In this document: positions 11,760 through 21,571 of the stretch, one piece after another
Position numbering within the stretch: position 1 is the first letter of the stretch
Layout of the letters: each line of letters starts with the position of its first letter
NCBI GenBank assembly: GCA_963718235.1
Contig: CAVQYR010000002.1
Location: forward strand, 1 to 64,000
Source: an uncultured Actinomycetota bacterium
GTDB taxonomy: Bacteria; Actinomycetota; Actinomycetes; JAHEKZ01
DNA length: 64,000 bases
Reading direction: 5' to 3'
The notes under the pieces: model-generated
Database searches by the model: none
What the model saw: the letters and a program-made list of their open reading frames with translations, nothing else
What the model was told of the DNA's origin: nothing
Program-made: the position numbers and the translations under genes

Positions 11760-12845
11760 GTGACCGAGGAGAGCCAGCCGACGCCGTCCCGCTGGGCCCG
11801 CAGCTGGCCGTGGGTCAAGCGCCTGCTCCTCGTCGTCGCCTCGCTGCTCGCCGCCCGGTTCATCGTCAACTTCGTCGGTGCCATCGACTGGGCCGCGGTG
11901 GGGGAGTCGCTCGGACGACTCAGCGTCGCGCAGTTCGCCATTCTCGGGCTCGTGCTGTTCGCGCGGCAGCTGCTCAACGCGGTGCCGCTGGCCCGGTTCG
12001 TGCCCGAGCTCTCGCTCGGCCGGTCGCTGCAGAACGACCTGTCGGCCAACCTGATCGGGACGATCGCACCGCCGCCGGGCGACATCGTGCTGCGGGTGTC
12101 CATGTTCCGCTCCTGGGGCGTGGACCCGATCGTGGGCATGGCCGGGGTCACGCTGAACACGCTGGCCTTCTACGTGATCCGGTTCGTCGCCCCCGCGGTC
12201 GGGCTGGTGGTGCTCAGCGTGCAGGGGTTCGACACCGGGCAGGTCGTGGCCGCGCTCGGCGCGCTGGCGATCGCCGCGGCGATCGTGGTCGCCCTGGTGC
12301 TGATCGCGCGCGGCGACCGGTTCGCCCACTTCGTCGGACAGCGGGCCGGACGGGTCGTCGGCCGGTTCCGCGACTCAGTCGATCCCGAGGTCTGGGCGCA
12401 AGCAGTGGTCGACTTCCGCGCCTTGATGTCGCGGACGATCAAGACCGGCCTCCCCCCGTCACTGGTCGCCCTGCAGGCGATGGTGCTGACCGACGCGTTC
12501 CTGCTCTTCCTGGCGCTGCGGTTCGTCGGGGTCGGCTCGGGGTCGCTGAGCGCCGTCGACATCTTCGGTGCGTTCCTGCTGGCCTACCCGCTCACCCTGC
12601 TGCCCCTGTTCGGCTTCGGGATCCTGGACGCCGCACTGCTGGCCACCTGGGTCGAGATCGGCGGGCTGAGCATCGAGCCGGAGGTCGTGGCCGCCCTGGG
12701 GGTGTGGCGGGCGTACACGCTGCTCGGGCCGCTGCTGTTCGGCGGACCGGTCCTGCTCCTCTGGCGGCGCAGCACGACACCGGAGGACAGTGCCATCGAG
12801 GGGCTCGGTGACGACATCCAGGCCAGGGAGGCACCACGGCCATGA
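11760..12845 (+). CDS. Lysylphosphatidylglycerol synthase TM-domain (UPF0104/YbhN-like) membrane protein
   Basis: About 8 TM segments; ANLIGTIAPPPGD and GFGILDAAL...ALGVWRAYT patterns. Confidence 0.7.
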   Translation: MTEESQPTPSRWARSWPWVKRLLLVVASLLAARFIVNFVGAIDWAAVGESLGRLSVAQFAILGLVLFARQLLNAVPLARFVPELSLGRSLQNDLSANLIGTIAPPPGDIVLRVSMFRSWGVDPIVGMAGVTLNTLAFYVIRFVAPAVGLVVLSVQGFDTGQVVAALGALAIAAAIVVALVLIARGDRFAHFVGQRAGRVVGRFRDSVDPEVWAQAVVDFRALMSRTIKTGLPPSLVALQAMVLTDAFLLFLALRFVGVGSGSLSAVDIFGAFLLAYPLTLLPLFGFGILDAALLATWVEIGGLSIEPEVVAALGVWRAYTLLGPLLFGGPVLLLWRRSTTPEDSAIEGLGDDIQAREAPRP

Positions 12846-13024
12846 ACGCGGACTGGCACCGTCAGCACGTCCTCGGGTCGCACGCGACCCTGGACGAGCG
12901 GATCGCCTGGCACCTCGAGCACGAGCGGGAGTGCCGCTGCCGGACCATGCCGGCGTCGCTGCGAGAGGAAATCGAACGGCGCGGGCTGGGTCACCTCCTC
13001 TCTGACGGGGACAGCCCCCGATAG
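12842..13024 (+). CDS. Small His/Cys-rich hypothetical protein (60 aa)
   Basis: ATGA overlap with the upstream stop; GC3-rich codons; WHRQH...WHLEHERECRCR. Confidence 0.65.
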   Translation: MNADWHRQHVLGSHATLDERIAWHLEHERECRCRTMPASLREEIERRGLGHLLSDGDSPR

Positions 13025-13071
13025 CGTTGCGCCATGTGCGGACAGCTCGAGGCCGCGTCGAGCCACCCGGC

Positions 13072-14430
13072 ATGACCGAGTCAGCCGACCCGGTCATCGA
13101 CCACGGTGCGCGGCGTGGTCGGGCCCTTCGGCTCGGCTTCGCCACCGGGGTCGCGGCCCGCGCCCTGTCGATCGTGGTCGCCTTCGCCGCAGTCCCGGTC
13201 GTCACCGACACCCTCGGGCAGGCCCGGTACGGTGCCTTCGCCCTGGTGGCCGGGCTCGCCGCCCTGCTGCCGTTCTCCGACCTCGGGCTCGGCAGCGGGC
13301 TGGTCACCGCGCTGGGCGGCGCCACCGGGCGCGACGACACCCGCGAGGCCCGGCGCCTGGTGACCGCCGCCTTCGCCGGGCTGGTCGCCGTCGCCGCCGT
13401 GCTGCTCGTGGTCTTCCTCGTCGTCGACCAGTTCGTGGACTGGGCGCGGCTGCTCGGCCTGGGCGACCAGCCGTTCGCCGGCGAGGTCGACGTCGCCGTG
13501 CGGGTCTTCGGCGTCCTGTTCCTGCTGGCCGTTCCCGGCACCCTCGGCACCCGCGTGCTGCAGGGGCTGCAACGCACCCACGCGGCCAACTACTGGCAGT
13601 TCGCCGCCGCGCCACTCGTGCTGGTCGGCTACCTGCTCGCCCGAGCGATGGACGGCGGGATCGCCGCCTTCGCCGCGGTTGCGGGAGGCGTCCCGCTGGT
13701 GCTCGGCATCGCCGCGACCGCGTGGGTGTTCGCCGACCAGCCGGGGCTGCGGCCCACCCGCGAGGCCTTCGACCTCACGGCGACCCGACAGCTCACCAGG
13801 CTTGGCGGGCTGTTCCTCGTGCTCACCGTCGCCGTGGCGGTGGCGTTCGAGACCGACTCGCTGGTGCTGTCGTGGGTGCTCGGCCCCGACGAGGTGGCCG
13901 TGTACTCGGTGACCTTCCGGTTGTTCAGCCTGGTCACGATGGTGGCCGCCCTCGCCTTCGCGCCGCTGTGGCCGGCGTTCGCCGAGTCGCTGTCGCGCGG
14001 CGACGTCGACTGGGCCAAGGCCACCTTCCGCCGCTCGGTCGGCGCCGGTGCCCTTGCGGCCGTTCCCACCGCGATCGTGCTGGCCCTGGTCGCGCAGCCG
14101 TTCATCCGGTGGTGGGTCGGTGACTCGTTCGTCCCGCCGTTCGCACTGGTGGCCGGACTGGCGGTGTGGGTGACGATCGTGTCGGTGCAGATGCCGCTGT
14201 CGATGCTGCTCAACGGCGCCGGCGTGGTCCGGTTCCAGGTGGTCGCTGCTTCGTGCATGGCGCTGGCCAACCTGGCCCTGTCGATCACCCTCGCCCACAG
14301 CATCGGGATCTCCGGGCCGGTGTGGGGCTCGGTCGTCGCCTACGTCGTGTGCACCGGCGTCCCGTCGGTGCTGTACCTGAGGTACCGCTTCACCTGGCGG
14401 TCCGACCACCCGACACAGTGGGTGACATGA
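13072..14430 (+). CDS. Second Wzx/MATE-like polysaccharide flippase
   Basis: LGQARYG, FSDLGLGSGL, TDSLVLSWVLGPDEVAVYSV; 12 or more TM segments. Confidence 0.85.
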   Translation: MTESADPVIDHGARRGRALRLGFATGVAARALSIVVAFAAVPVVTDTLGQARYGAFALVAGLAALLPFSDLGLGSGLVTALGGATGRDDTREARRLVTAAFAGLVAVAAVLLVVFLVVDQFVDWARLLGLGDQPFAGEVDVAVRVFGVLFLLAVPGTLGTRVLQGLQRTHAANYWQFAAAPLVLVGYLLARAMDGGIAAFAAVAGGVPLVLGIAATAWVFADQPGLRPTREAFDLTATRQLTRLGGLFLVLTVAVAVAFETDSLVLSWVLGPDEVAVYSVTFRLFSLVTMVAALAFAPLWPAFAESLSRGDVDWAKATFRRSVGAGALAAVPTAIVLALVAQPFIRWWVGDSFVPPFALVAGLAVWVTIVSVQMPLSMLLNGAGVVRFQVVAASCMALANLALSITLAHSIGISGPVWGSVVAYVVCTGVPSVLYLRYRFTWRSDHPTQWVT

Positions 14431-15015
14431 GCACGCTGCGCATCCTCGGCAACGCCGGGCACGCCCGAGAGGTCGAGGCCCTGGCGGTCGCCGTCGACGG
14501 CGGCTGGGGGGTGATCCAGCGGCTGGGCCCGGACGACGAGGCCGCGGCGCTCGCCTACCCCGGCGACGTCGTGCTCGGCATGGGCAGCCCCGCGGCGCGC
14601 CTGGCCGTCGCCGAACGCTGGGGCGCGGCCGACGGGCTCACCTGGCCGACGCTGGTCCACCCGCGTGCCCAGCTCGGCCCGCGCACGACCCTCGGGCTCG
14701 GGGTCGGCGTGCAGACGAACGTGGTCGTCACCACCGACGTCAAGTGTGGGCGACTTCAGCTACCTGAACTACGCCGTCACGGTCGGGCACGACGCGCGGA
14801 TCGGGCGCTGCTGCCTGGTCAACCCGGCGGCCACGGTGTCCGGCGGGGTCACCCTCGGCGACGGCGTGCTCGTCGGAGCCGGCGCGGTGATCCTGGAGAA
14901 CCTCACGGTCGGCGACGGCGCCACGGTGGGTGCCGGCGCGGTGGTGACCCGTGACGTCCCGGCCGGAGTGATCGTCGTGGGCGTGCCGGCCAAGCCGATC
15001 GGCGGCGACGCATGA
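14427..15015 (+). CDS. Hexapeptide-repeat sugar N-acetyltransferase (NeuD/PglD/PerB family), one frameshift near 14745
   Basis: [37 protein letters not shown]...VGVPAK. Confidence 0.85.
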
Positions 15016-16130
15016 GCGACGCCGACTTCACCCCGGTCGCACAGCCCGACGTCGGGCACCTGGAGCAGCAGTACGTCTCCGACGCGATCACCTCCACCTG
15101 GGTCGGCCCGACCGGTGAGTACGTCGACCGGTTCCGCGCCGAGTTCGCCGAGCTGGCCGGCGTGCGCCACGCGATCCCGGTGAGCAACGGGACGGTCGCG
15201 CTGCACGTCGCGCTGGTCGCGCTCGGCGTCGGTCCGGGCGACGAGGTCATCGTTCCCTCGCTGACCTACATCTCCTCGGTCAACGCGGTCACCTACTGCG
15301 GGGCCACACCGGTGTTCGCCGACGTCGAGCCCGACAGCTGGGGGCTGGACGCCGAGTCGGTCGAGGCGGCGATCACCCCGCGCACCAAGGCGATCATCGC
15401 CGTGCACCTGTACGGCATGCCGGCCACGATGGCCCCCCTGCACACGCTGGCCCACGCCTACGGGCTGGCCCTGGTCGAGGACGCCGCCGAGGCGCCGTTC
15501 GCCACCTACCAGGAGCGGCCGACCGGGAGTCTCGGCGACGTGGCCACGTTCTCGTTCTTCGGCAACAAGGTCGTCACCTGCGGCGAGGGCGGCGCGGTCA
15601 CCACCAACGACGACGCACTCGCCGCCCGGATCGAGCTGCTGCGCGGACAGGGCATGAGCAGCGAGCGCCGCTACTGGTTCCCCGTGGTCGGTTACAACTA
15701 CCGCCTCACCAACGTGGCCGCGGCGATGCTGTGCGCGCAGCTGCAGCGACGCAACGAGCTGGTCGCCGGGCGCTGGGCGGTGTACGAGGAGTACGACTGG
15801 CGGATCGACGAGATCGACGGGCTCAGCCACCAGCTCGACCTGTCCGACCGCACCCGTACCCCGTGGCTGTACCCGCTGCTCGTCGGCGACGACTACGGCG
15901 AGAGCCGCGACGCGCTGATGGCCCGCCTGGCCGCGGCCGGCGTCGAGACCCGGCCGTTCTTCATCCCGGTGCACACCATGCCCCCCTACGCCGAGCTGGC
16001 CGAGCAGCAGGGGCGCCCCCTGCCCGTCACCGACGACCTCGCGTCGCGGGGGATGAACCTGCCGACCTTCCGCGGGCTCCCCCTCGCCGAGCTCGAACGG
16101 ATCGTTGCCCTGCTGCGAGAGCGTCCGTGA
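15012..16130 (+). CDS. DegT/DnrJ/EryC1/StrS aminotransferase, perosamine synthase-like
   Basis: [34 protein letters not shown] (PLP lysine), [14 protein letters not shown]. Confidence 0.92.
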   Translation: MSDADFTPVAQPDVGHLEQQYVSDAITSTWVGPTGEYVDRFRAEFAELAGVRHAIPVSNGTVALHVALVALGVGPGDEVIVPSLTYISSVNAVTYCGATPVFADVEPDSWGLDAESVEAAITPRTKAIIAVHLYGMPATMAPLHTLAHAYGLALVEDAAEAPFATYQERPTGSLGDVATFSFFGNKVVTCGEGGAVTTNDDALAARIELLRGQGMSSERRYWFPVVGYNYRLTNVAAAMLCAQLQRRNELVAGRWAVYEEYDWRIDEIDGLSHQLDLSDRTRTPWLYPLLVGDDYGESRDALMARLAAAGVETRPFFIPVHTMPPYAELAEQQGRPLPVTDDLASRGMNLPTFRGLPLAELERIVALLRERP

Positions 16131-17344
16131 GCCCACCCCTTCGGGTCACCGTTGACGCCCGGCTGAGGTCCGGTGAGCACGGGGGCGTCGAGTCGATGGT
16201 GGTCGGCCTCGCCGAGGGCCTGGGAGAGCTGCAACCGAGCGACCTCGACGTCCGGTTCGTCGTGCTGGAGGGGCAGGGCGACTGGCTGCTGGACCGGGTA
16301 CCTGGTGTCCGAGCCCTCGAGGTGAGCGCTCCGTCGTTGCCGCAGGTGGGTCTGCGCAAGGCAAAGGGGGCGGTGCGCCGGGTTGCCGGTCGCGGCCACG
16401 TGACCATGCCCTCGAGGCTGGTGCTGCCACGCGACCACGCGATGAGCGCTCTGGCACCCGACGTCGTGCACTACCCGTTCCAGCACGCGGCGCTCCCCAA
16501 GGCGCCGTTCATCTACCAGCCGCACGACCTGCAGCACGTGCACCTGCCGGAGTTCTTCAGCGCGGGCGACATCGCGTCGCGCGAGTACTTCTACCCGGCG
16601 ATGTGCCGCGCGGCGTCAGCGGTCGCCGTGGGAACCCGCTGGGTCAAGCACGACCTGGTGGACCACTACGGGCTTTCCCCCGACCACGTGTACGTCATCG
16701 CGCTGGCTCCGCCCGCGCCGCCGCCGGCCACTGGTTCCGCTGTCGACCTCGGCCTGCCCGACCGGTACCTGCTGTACCCGGCGGTGAACTGGCCGCACAA
16801 GAACCACGAACGGCTGATCGGGGCGCTCGCCGTGGCCCGCAGCCGTGGCGTGCCGGTCGAGCTGGTGCTCACCGGTGCGGTCGACGACCGCTACACCGAC
16901 CCCCGGGCGATGGCGGCAGCGGCCGGGGTCGCCGAGCACGTGCACGTGCTCGGGTACGTCGACTCCGCGTCGCTGTCTGCCGCCTACGAGGGGGCGCTCG
17001 GCGTCGTCGTCCCCACCTTGTTCGAGTCGGCGAGCTTTCCGGTCTGGGAGGCCTTCGCACGCGGGGTGCCGGTCGCCTGCTCCAACGTCACCTCGCTGCC
17101 CGACCAGGTCGACGGCAACGCGCTCCTGTTCGACCCCACCGACGTCGACGCCATGGCCCAAGCGATGACGACCCTGTGGCAGGACGACGCCGTGCGCCGG
17201 CAGCTGGCCGAGGGCGGTCGGGCCCGGGTGGCGTCGTTCACCTGGCGCCGCACGGCCGAGGGGTTCGCCGCCCTGTACCGCCGGCTCGGTGGTCGCCCGC
17301 TGCAGCCCGGTGACGAGCAGCGGCTGGCTGCTGAGGACCTGTAA
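16127..17344 (+). CDS. GT4 glycosyltransferase (mannosyl/perosaminyl-transferase-like)
   Basis: GTGA overlap; PHDLQHVHLPEFF, YPAVNWPHKNH, FESASFPVWEAF. Confidence 0.88.
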   Translation: MSPPLRVTVDARLRSGEHGGVESMVVGLAEGLGELQPSDLDVRFVVLEGQGDWLLDRVPGVRALEVSAPSLPQVGLRKAKGAVRRVAGRGHVTMPSRLVLPRDHAMSALAPDVVHYPFQHAALPKAPFIYQPHDLQHVHLPEFFSAGDIASREYFYPAMCRAASAVAVGTRWVKHDLVDHYGLSPDHVYVIALAPPAPPPATGSAVDLGLPDRYLLYPAVNWPHKNHERLIGALAVARSRGVPVELVLTGAVDDRYTDPRAMAAAAGVAEHVHVLGYVDSASLSAAYEGALGVVVPTLFESASFPVWEAFARGVPVACSNVTSLPDQVDGNALLFDPTDVDAMAQAMTTLWQDDAVRRQLAEGGRARVASFTWRRTAEGFAALYRRLGGRPLQPGDEQRLAAEDL

Positions 17345-17360
17345 CCGGCACACGGAGGCG

Positions 17361-18290
17361 TCAGACGCCGAAGAGGTGCCCGACCGTCGCCGTGTCACCG
17401 GAGACCACGTCGACCAGCACCTGGTCGGCCATGGTCGCCAGCACCTTCGCGTGGTCACCCTGGTAGGTCAGCGCGCCGGTCGCGTCGCGCGCGGTGCGCA
17501 CGCGGGTTCTCACGTAGGCCTGCTCGGGGGTGAGGTCCCACAGGTCGCCGGCGACGTCGTCGCGGACGAAGAACGCGTTGATGCCGGTGCTGGTGACCCC
17601 GACCAGGCGGTAGCCCTTGCGCCGGGCGAGGTGGTGCAGCGCGGCGAGCGAGGCGCCCTGGTAGATCCACGAGAAGTGCGCGGTGCGCGCGTCGAAGTCC
17701 GGCCGGTACGGGACGGTCACGGCGGCTTCGGCTCCGAAGTAGCTGTTGAACTCCACGACCACGATCCACGGCCGGACCACCGAGACGGCGTCCCACAGCC
17801 AGTAGTCGACACCGTCGACGTCGATCGAGAGCAGCCCGATCTCGCCACTCACCCCGTGGCCGGCGATCACCTGGTTGATGTTCTCCGCGGTCACGAACAC
17901 GCTGACCGGGTCGACCGCCCAGCGCCACCCGGTCTCACCACCGCGGATGAAGTCGAGGTGTGCCGTGCCGCCGTCGATGGCCAGGCCCGCCCAGTTGTCG
18001 TGCATCGCCAGGAAGCGGGTGTTCGACTCCCGGTAGTCCTGAACGCCCACCTCGACGAACGTGGTCGGAATGCCGGGCAGCTGTCGCACGAGGTACTGGA
18101 TCGCGCCGTCCTCACCGAACTGGGAGAACGCGCGGAACTCGGTGTCGTGCAGGGTCTGCGGCTTCGGCCCCTGCCCGGCGATCCGGGCCTCCAGCGAGCC
18201 GATCGCGTAGCGGACCTGGTCGAGCTCGCGGTCGGCGCCGCGCCCGGTGAGGGTCTCGAGCCGTCGCAGCAGCTGCTCGCGCCTGGTCAC
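17361..18290 (-). CDS. FkbM-related putative methyltransferase
   Basis: FSQFGEDG, FVEVGVQDYRESNT, LLSIDVDGVDYWLW, GASLAAL...GINAFFV. Confidence 0.65.
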   Translation of the reverse strand: MTRREQLLRRLETLTGRGADRELDQVRYAIGSLEARIAGQGPKPQTLHDTEFRAFSQFGEDGAIQYLVRQLPGIPTTFVEVGVQDYRESNTRFLAMHDNWAGLAIDGGTAHLDFIRGGETGWRWAVDPVSVFVTAENINQVIAGHGVSGEIGLLSIDVDGVDYWLWDAVSVVRPWIVVVEFNSYFGAEAAVTVPYRPDFDARTAHFSWIYQGASLAALHHLARRKGYRLVGVTSTGINAFFVRDDVAGDLWDLTPEQAYVRTRVRTARDATGALTYQGDHAKVLATMADQVLVDVVSGDTATVGHLFGV

Positions 18291-19093
18291 TGGCCCAACC
18301 TAGCGACCCGGCCTCGGGCGACCAGGGCGAAGGTGTTCGGCAGCTTCCAGCGGTCGCCGAGCCGCTGGCCCAGGCTCGACTGGGTCGACCAGTAGTAGAC
18401 GAGCTGCACGGAGGCGTAGTGCTGCTGCGCGCACTGCTGCAGCGCCAGCTGGTCGACCCCCCTGCGGACCACGTGGTACTCGCTCATGTCGGCGCTGTTG
18501 GTCTCGTCGTAGACGCCACGCAGCCTGCGGACCCGGGTCTGCAGCCCACGCTTGAGGTCGCCCTGCCGGGCCCGCCACGCGAAGTACGACGCCTGCTCTG
18601 CGCGGTGCGTGACCACGGTGCGGCGGGGGTACCAGGTCGGGTCCTGCCACGATACGAACGAGCCACCGTCGCTGGTCAGTCTGGCCATCGACTCCAGGAA
18701 CGCCACGTAGTCGGGGATGTGGTGCAGCACGGAGATGCAGGCCACGAGGTCGAACTGCTCGTTGGTCTCGTCGGCCCATGTGGCGTCCGGGTCGTAGACG
18801 ACGGTGACCCTGGGGTCGGCGTCGTAGCGGGCGGCGATCGCCTCGGCGCTCGGGCCGCTCATCTCGGTGACCGTGACATCAGCGCCCGCGGCGAGCAGCA
18901 CCTCGGTGAAGCCGCCGTGGCCCGCGCCGACCTCGAGCACACGACAACGCCCCTGTGCCGTGAGCTGCTCGGCAACCAGCTCGCGCAGGCTGTCCTCGAC
19001 CCGAGTGCGCAGCAGCGGGTGCTTCAGGTGCGGGGAGCCCTCGACGTAGTCGAAGTCGTGCGGGTGGGCGTCCTCCTGTGCGTTGCTCGGCAC
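18287..19093 (-). CDS. Class I SAM-dependent methyltransferase
   Basis: VLEVGAGHGG, FDLVACISVLHHIPDY; start uncertain. Confidence 0.85.
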   Translation of the reverse strand: MPSNAQEDAHPHDFDYVEGSPHLKHPLLRTRVEDSLRELVAEQLTAQGRCRVLEVGAGHGGFTEVLLAAGADVTVTEMSGPSAEAIAARYDADPRVTVVYDPDATWADETNEQFDLVACISVLHHIPDYVAFLESMARLTSDGGSFVSWQDPTWYPRRTVVTHRAEQASYFAWRARQGDLKRGLQTRVRRLRGVYDETNSADMSEYHVVRRGVDQLALQQCAQQHYASVQLVYYWSTQSSLGQRLGDRWKLPNTFALVARGRVARLGQ

Positions 19094-19180
19094 CTGCGGC
19101 GTCCTCCTCGGCGCTTGGGTCGACCCCCGGTCCTGCCGACCCAAGTATGGTCCGGTGAGACGAACGCGACGAGGTCGGTG

Positions 19181-20008
19181 ATGGTGTCCAGCAACGACGG
19201 TTCATGCCTCGTCACCGTCGTGACCGTGACCCGCAACGACCTCGACCGGCTGCAGCTCACCTGGGCGTCGGTCGCCCGACAGGTCGATGCCGACCTCGAG
19301 TGGGTCGTGGTCGACGGCGCCAGCAGCGACGGCACGGTGGAGTGGCTGGAGTCACTGACCGACGACCGGGTGCGGGTGCTCAGCGAGCCGGACGCCGGGA
19401 TCTACGACGCCATGAACAAGGGGCTGGCCCTCGCCACGGGTGAGCTGGTGACCTTTCTCAACGCGGGTGACCGGTACCTGGCCGACGACGTGCTGGGGAA
19501 GGTGGGGCAGCGGTACGACAAGGACCGCTGGCTGTGGGGACACGGCGGCGGCGTCGTGGTCGACGCCTCAGGGCGCCCGGTGCGACCGGTGAGCGGGGGC
19601 TACCGAGGGCGGCTGCGCTACGCCTTCGGACGCAGTGCGGTGATCCACCAGACCGTGTTTGCCCGCACCCAGCTGGTCCGGGCACTGGGCGGGTTCGACC
19701 TGCGGTACCCGATCGCGGCCGACGTGCACCTCATCATGCGGCTGGGCCGACAGTCCGACCCCGCGGTGTGGCCCTCGGTCGACGTGGCCTACGAGGAGGG
19801 TGGGGTCAGCGACCAGGACGCCGGCCGGTCGCTGGGCGACATGCACCGGGCGCGGGTGGACGCGTTCGGCATGAACCGCGGGGTGGCCGCCGTCGACTCG
19901 GCCTGGACCGCTGGCGTGGTCGGGTACGTGCGCGGACGGCAGGCAGCCAAGCGCACGGCTCGCCGTCTGCTCGGTGACCGCTCGATCGACTGGTGGGCCA
20001 AACGCTGA
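19181..20008 (+). CDS. GT2 glycosyltransferase (WcaE-like)
   Basis: VVVDGASSDGT, SEPDAGIYDAMNKGL, FLNAGD. Confidence 0.9.
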   Translation: MVSSNDGSCLVTVVTVTRNDLDRLQLTWASVARQVDADLEWVVVDGASSDGTVEWLESLTDDRVRVLSEPDAGIYDAMNKGLALATGELVTFLNAGDRYLADDVLGKVGQRYDKDRWLWGHGGGVVVDASGRPVRPVSGGYRGRLRYAFGRSAVIHQTVFARTQLVRALGGFDLRYPIAADVHLIMRLGRQSDPAVWPSVDVAYEEGGVSDQDAGRSLGDMHRARVDAFGMNRGVAAVDSAWTAGVVGYVRGRQAAKRTARRLLGDRSIDWWAKR

Positions 20009-20015
20009 CACTCCC

Positions 20016-20090
20016 GCTCAGTACCGGCTCAGCGCCGGCCCAGCACCGGCTCAGAATCGGCCCAGCGCCGGCTCAGCGCCGGCTCAGTCG
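20016..20090. repeat. Degenerate 11-bp tandem repeat (6 units plus a partial)
   Basis: gctcagtaccg/gctcagcgccg/gcccagcaccg/gctcagaatcg/gcccagcgccg/gctcagcgccg between convergent genes. Confidence 0.8.
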
Positions 20091-21020
20091 GCCCAGCTCC
20101 TCGATGACCGCGAGCGCGCTGTTCGTGACGGCATCGGCGTCGTCGCTGGCGCTGAGGATCGCGACTGACGTCTGCTGCTCGGGTTGTCGGACGGCCTTGG
20201 CGCTCCAGGTCGGCCACGACCCGCCGTGGGAGAGGGTTCGATTCCCTCGAAGTCGGAGGACGCGGACACCCCAGGCGTAGTCGAGCGGTGTGCCGTCGTC
20301 GAGCGTTCCTGGCGTCTCGCAGCGCGCGTGGACGGCGTGGCCGAACCGTTCGGCGTTCATGGCGTCGTTCCACCGCAGCAGGTCCTCGGCGGTGGTCCAC
20401 AGACCCCCGTCGCCGATCGTCGCAGGGGGTTGCGCGTGACCGGTGCGGACCGGACCGGACCGGGCGAGAGCCGTTGAGGTCATGCCGAGCGGGCCGAAGA
20501 GCGCCCTCTGGGCCAGTCCCTCGACGGGTTGGCCGCTAACTCGGGTCAACACCTCGGCCAGGCAGACGTACCCGACGTTGCTGTAGGCGTAGGTGGCTCC
20601 TGGCCGCGTCGTCGGGCCTGAGCTGTCCGCAAGGGAGCGAAGGACGCCCTCGTTGCCGGACGTCTGGCTCAGGTCCTGGACCGGGGGCAGCCCTGCGGTG
20701 TGGTGGACGAGGTGCCTCACCCGCACGTCGTCCGCCCAGGCGGGGAGACCGTCGACGTAGTGGCTCAGCGCCTGCTCGGGGTCGACGTCGCCGGACTCGA
20801 CGTGCTGGGACAGCAGCAGCCCGATGATCTGCTTGGCCAGCGACGCTGCGTACATCACGGTGGAACTGGTCACGAGACCCGCGGCATCTGGGCCGCCGAA
20901 GCAGACGACGATGCCGGCGCCGTCCGAAGCGCGTGCCGTCAGAGCGCCGGGTGATCGGTCCAGCTGGTTCGACCGCAGGATGCCACTGACGGCCTCATGC
21001 CTGGTCCCAGCGTCCGTCAC
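20073..21020 (-). CDS. Serine hydrolase, beta-lactamase/AmpC-like family
   Basis: SxxK (ASLAK), HLVHHTAGL, YAYSNVGY, LSHGGSW. Confidence 0.88.
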   Translation of the reverse strand: MTDAGTRHEAVSGILRSNQLDRSPGALTARASDGAGIVVCFGGPDAAGLVTSSTVMYAASLAKQIIGLLLSQHVESGDVDPEQALSHYVDGLPAWADDVRVRHLVHHTAGLPPVQDLSQTSGNEGVLRSLADSSGPTTRPGATYAYSNVGYVCLAEVLTRVSGQPVEGLAQRALFGPLGMTSTALARSGPVRTGHAQPPATIGDGGLWTTAEDLLRWNDAMNAERFGHAVHARCETPGTLDDGTPLDYAWGVRVLRLRGNRTLSHGGSWPTWSAKAVRQPEQQTSVAILSASDDADAVTNSALAVIEELGRLSRR

Positions 21021-21032
21021 AGCGCGATCCTG

Positions 21033-21470
21033 TCAGGAACGCGACGGCCTGCCCGTCGGTGGGCTCACGGCCAAGGAGACCAACAGCAGGAGCAGGACCA
21101 CCTCGGCGGCGGAGACCAGTGCCCCAGCGGCCGGGTCGTCCCAGACCCCGTGCACGCCGTTCCACAGGTACAGGACGACGGCGAGCAACGGAACCACCGC
21201 GCCGACGGCCCAGAGGACGGCACGGTCGGTGACGATGAGCAGAACGGCTCCGACCAGGAACAGGGTCGCGCCGACCAGGTAGATCGGGGCCATGCTCTCG
21301 GTGTGCGGAACGGCCGCCTGCTCCCTGCCGTCCACCACGAAGAAGTAGCCCAGGTAGAAGAGGGCGACGGCGCCGCTGATCGCGGCCGCGGCGTACCGCA
21401 CCCGCATCCTGACCCGACGAGCGCTGCTCGAGCTCACAGTGACGAGTTCTTGCCTGCCAGTGGTCGTCAT
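21033..21470 (-). CDS. Hypothetical membrane protein (4 TM)
   Basis: Four hydrophobic segments in ORF 21033..21536. Confidence 0.6.
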   Translation of the reverse strand: MTTTGRQELVTVSSSSARRVRMRVRYAAAAISGAVALFYLGYFFVVDGREQAAVPHTESMAPIYLVGATLFLVGAVLLIVTDRAVLWAVGAVVPLLAVVLYLWNGVHGVWDDPAAGALVSAAEVVLLLLLVSLAVSPPTGRPSRS

Positions 21471-21571
21471 CCGACTCACCCCCTGACAACTCCAGGCTGA
21501 CCGGCTAGCGCTCGTGGCGGTAGAGCCACTCGTCATGAACTCCGGAGTCGGCTCACGCCTATCCTCACCGG

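Noticed and set aside
20232-20248. GAGGG-TTCGATT-CCCTC, a perfect tRNA T-arm look-alike
   Set aside because: Lies antisense within the serine hydrolase CDS with no acceptor, D or anticodon arms
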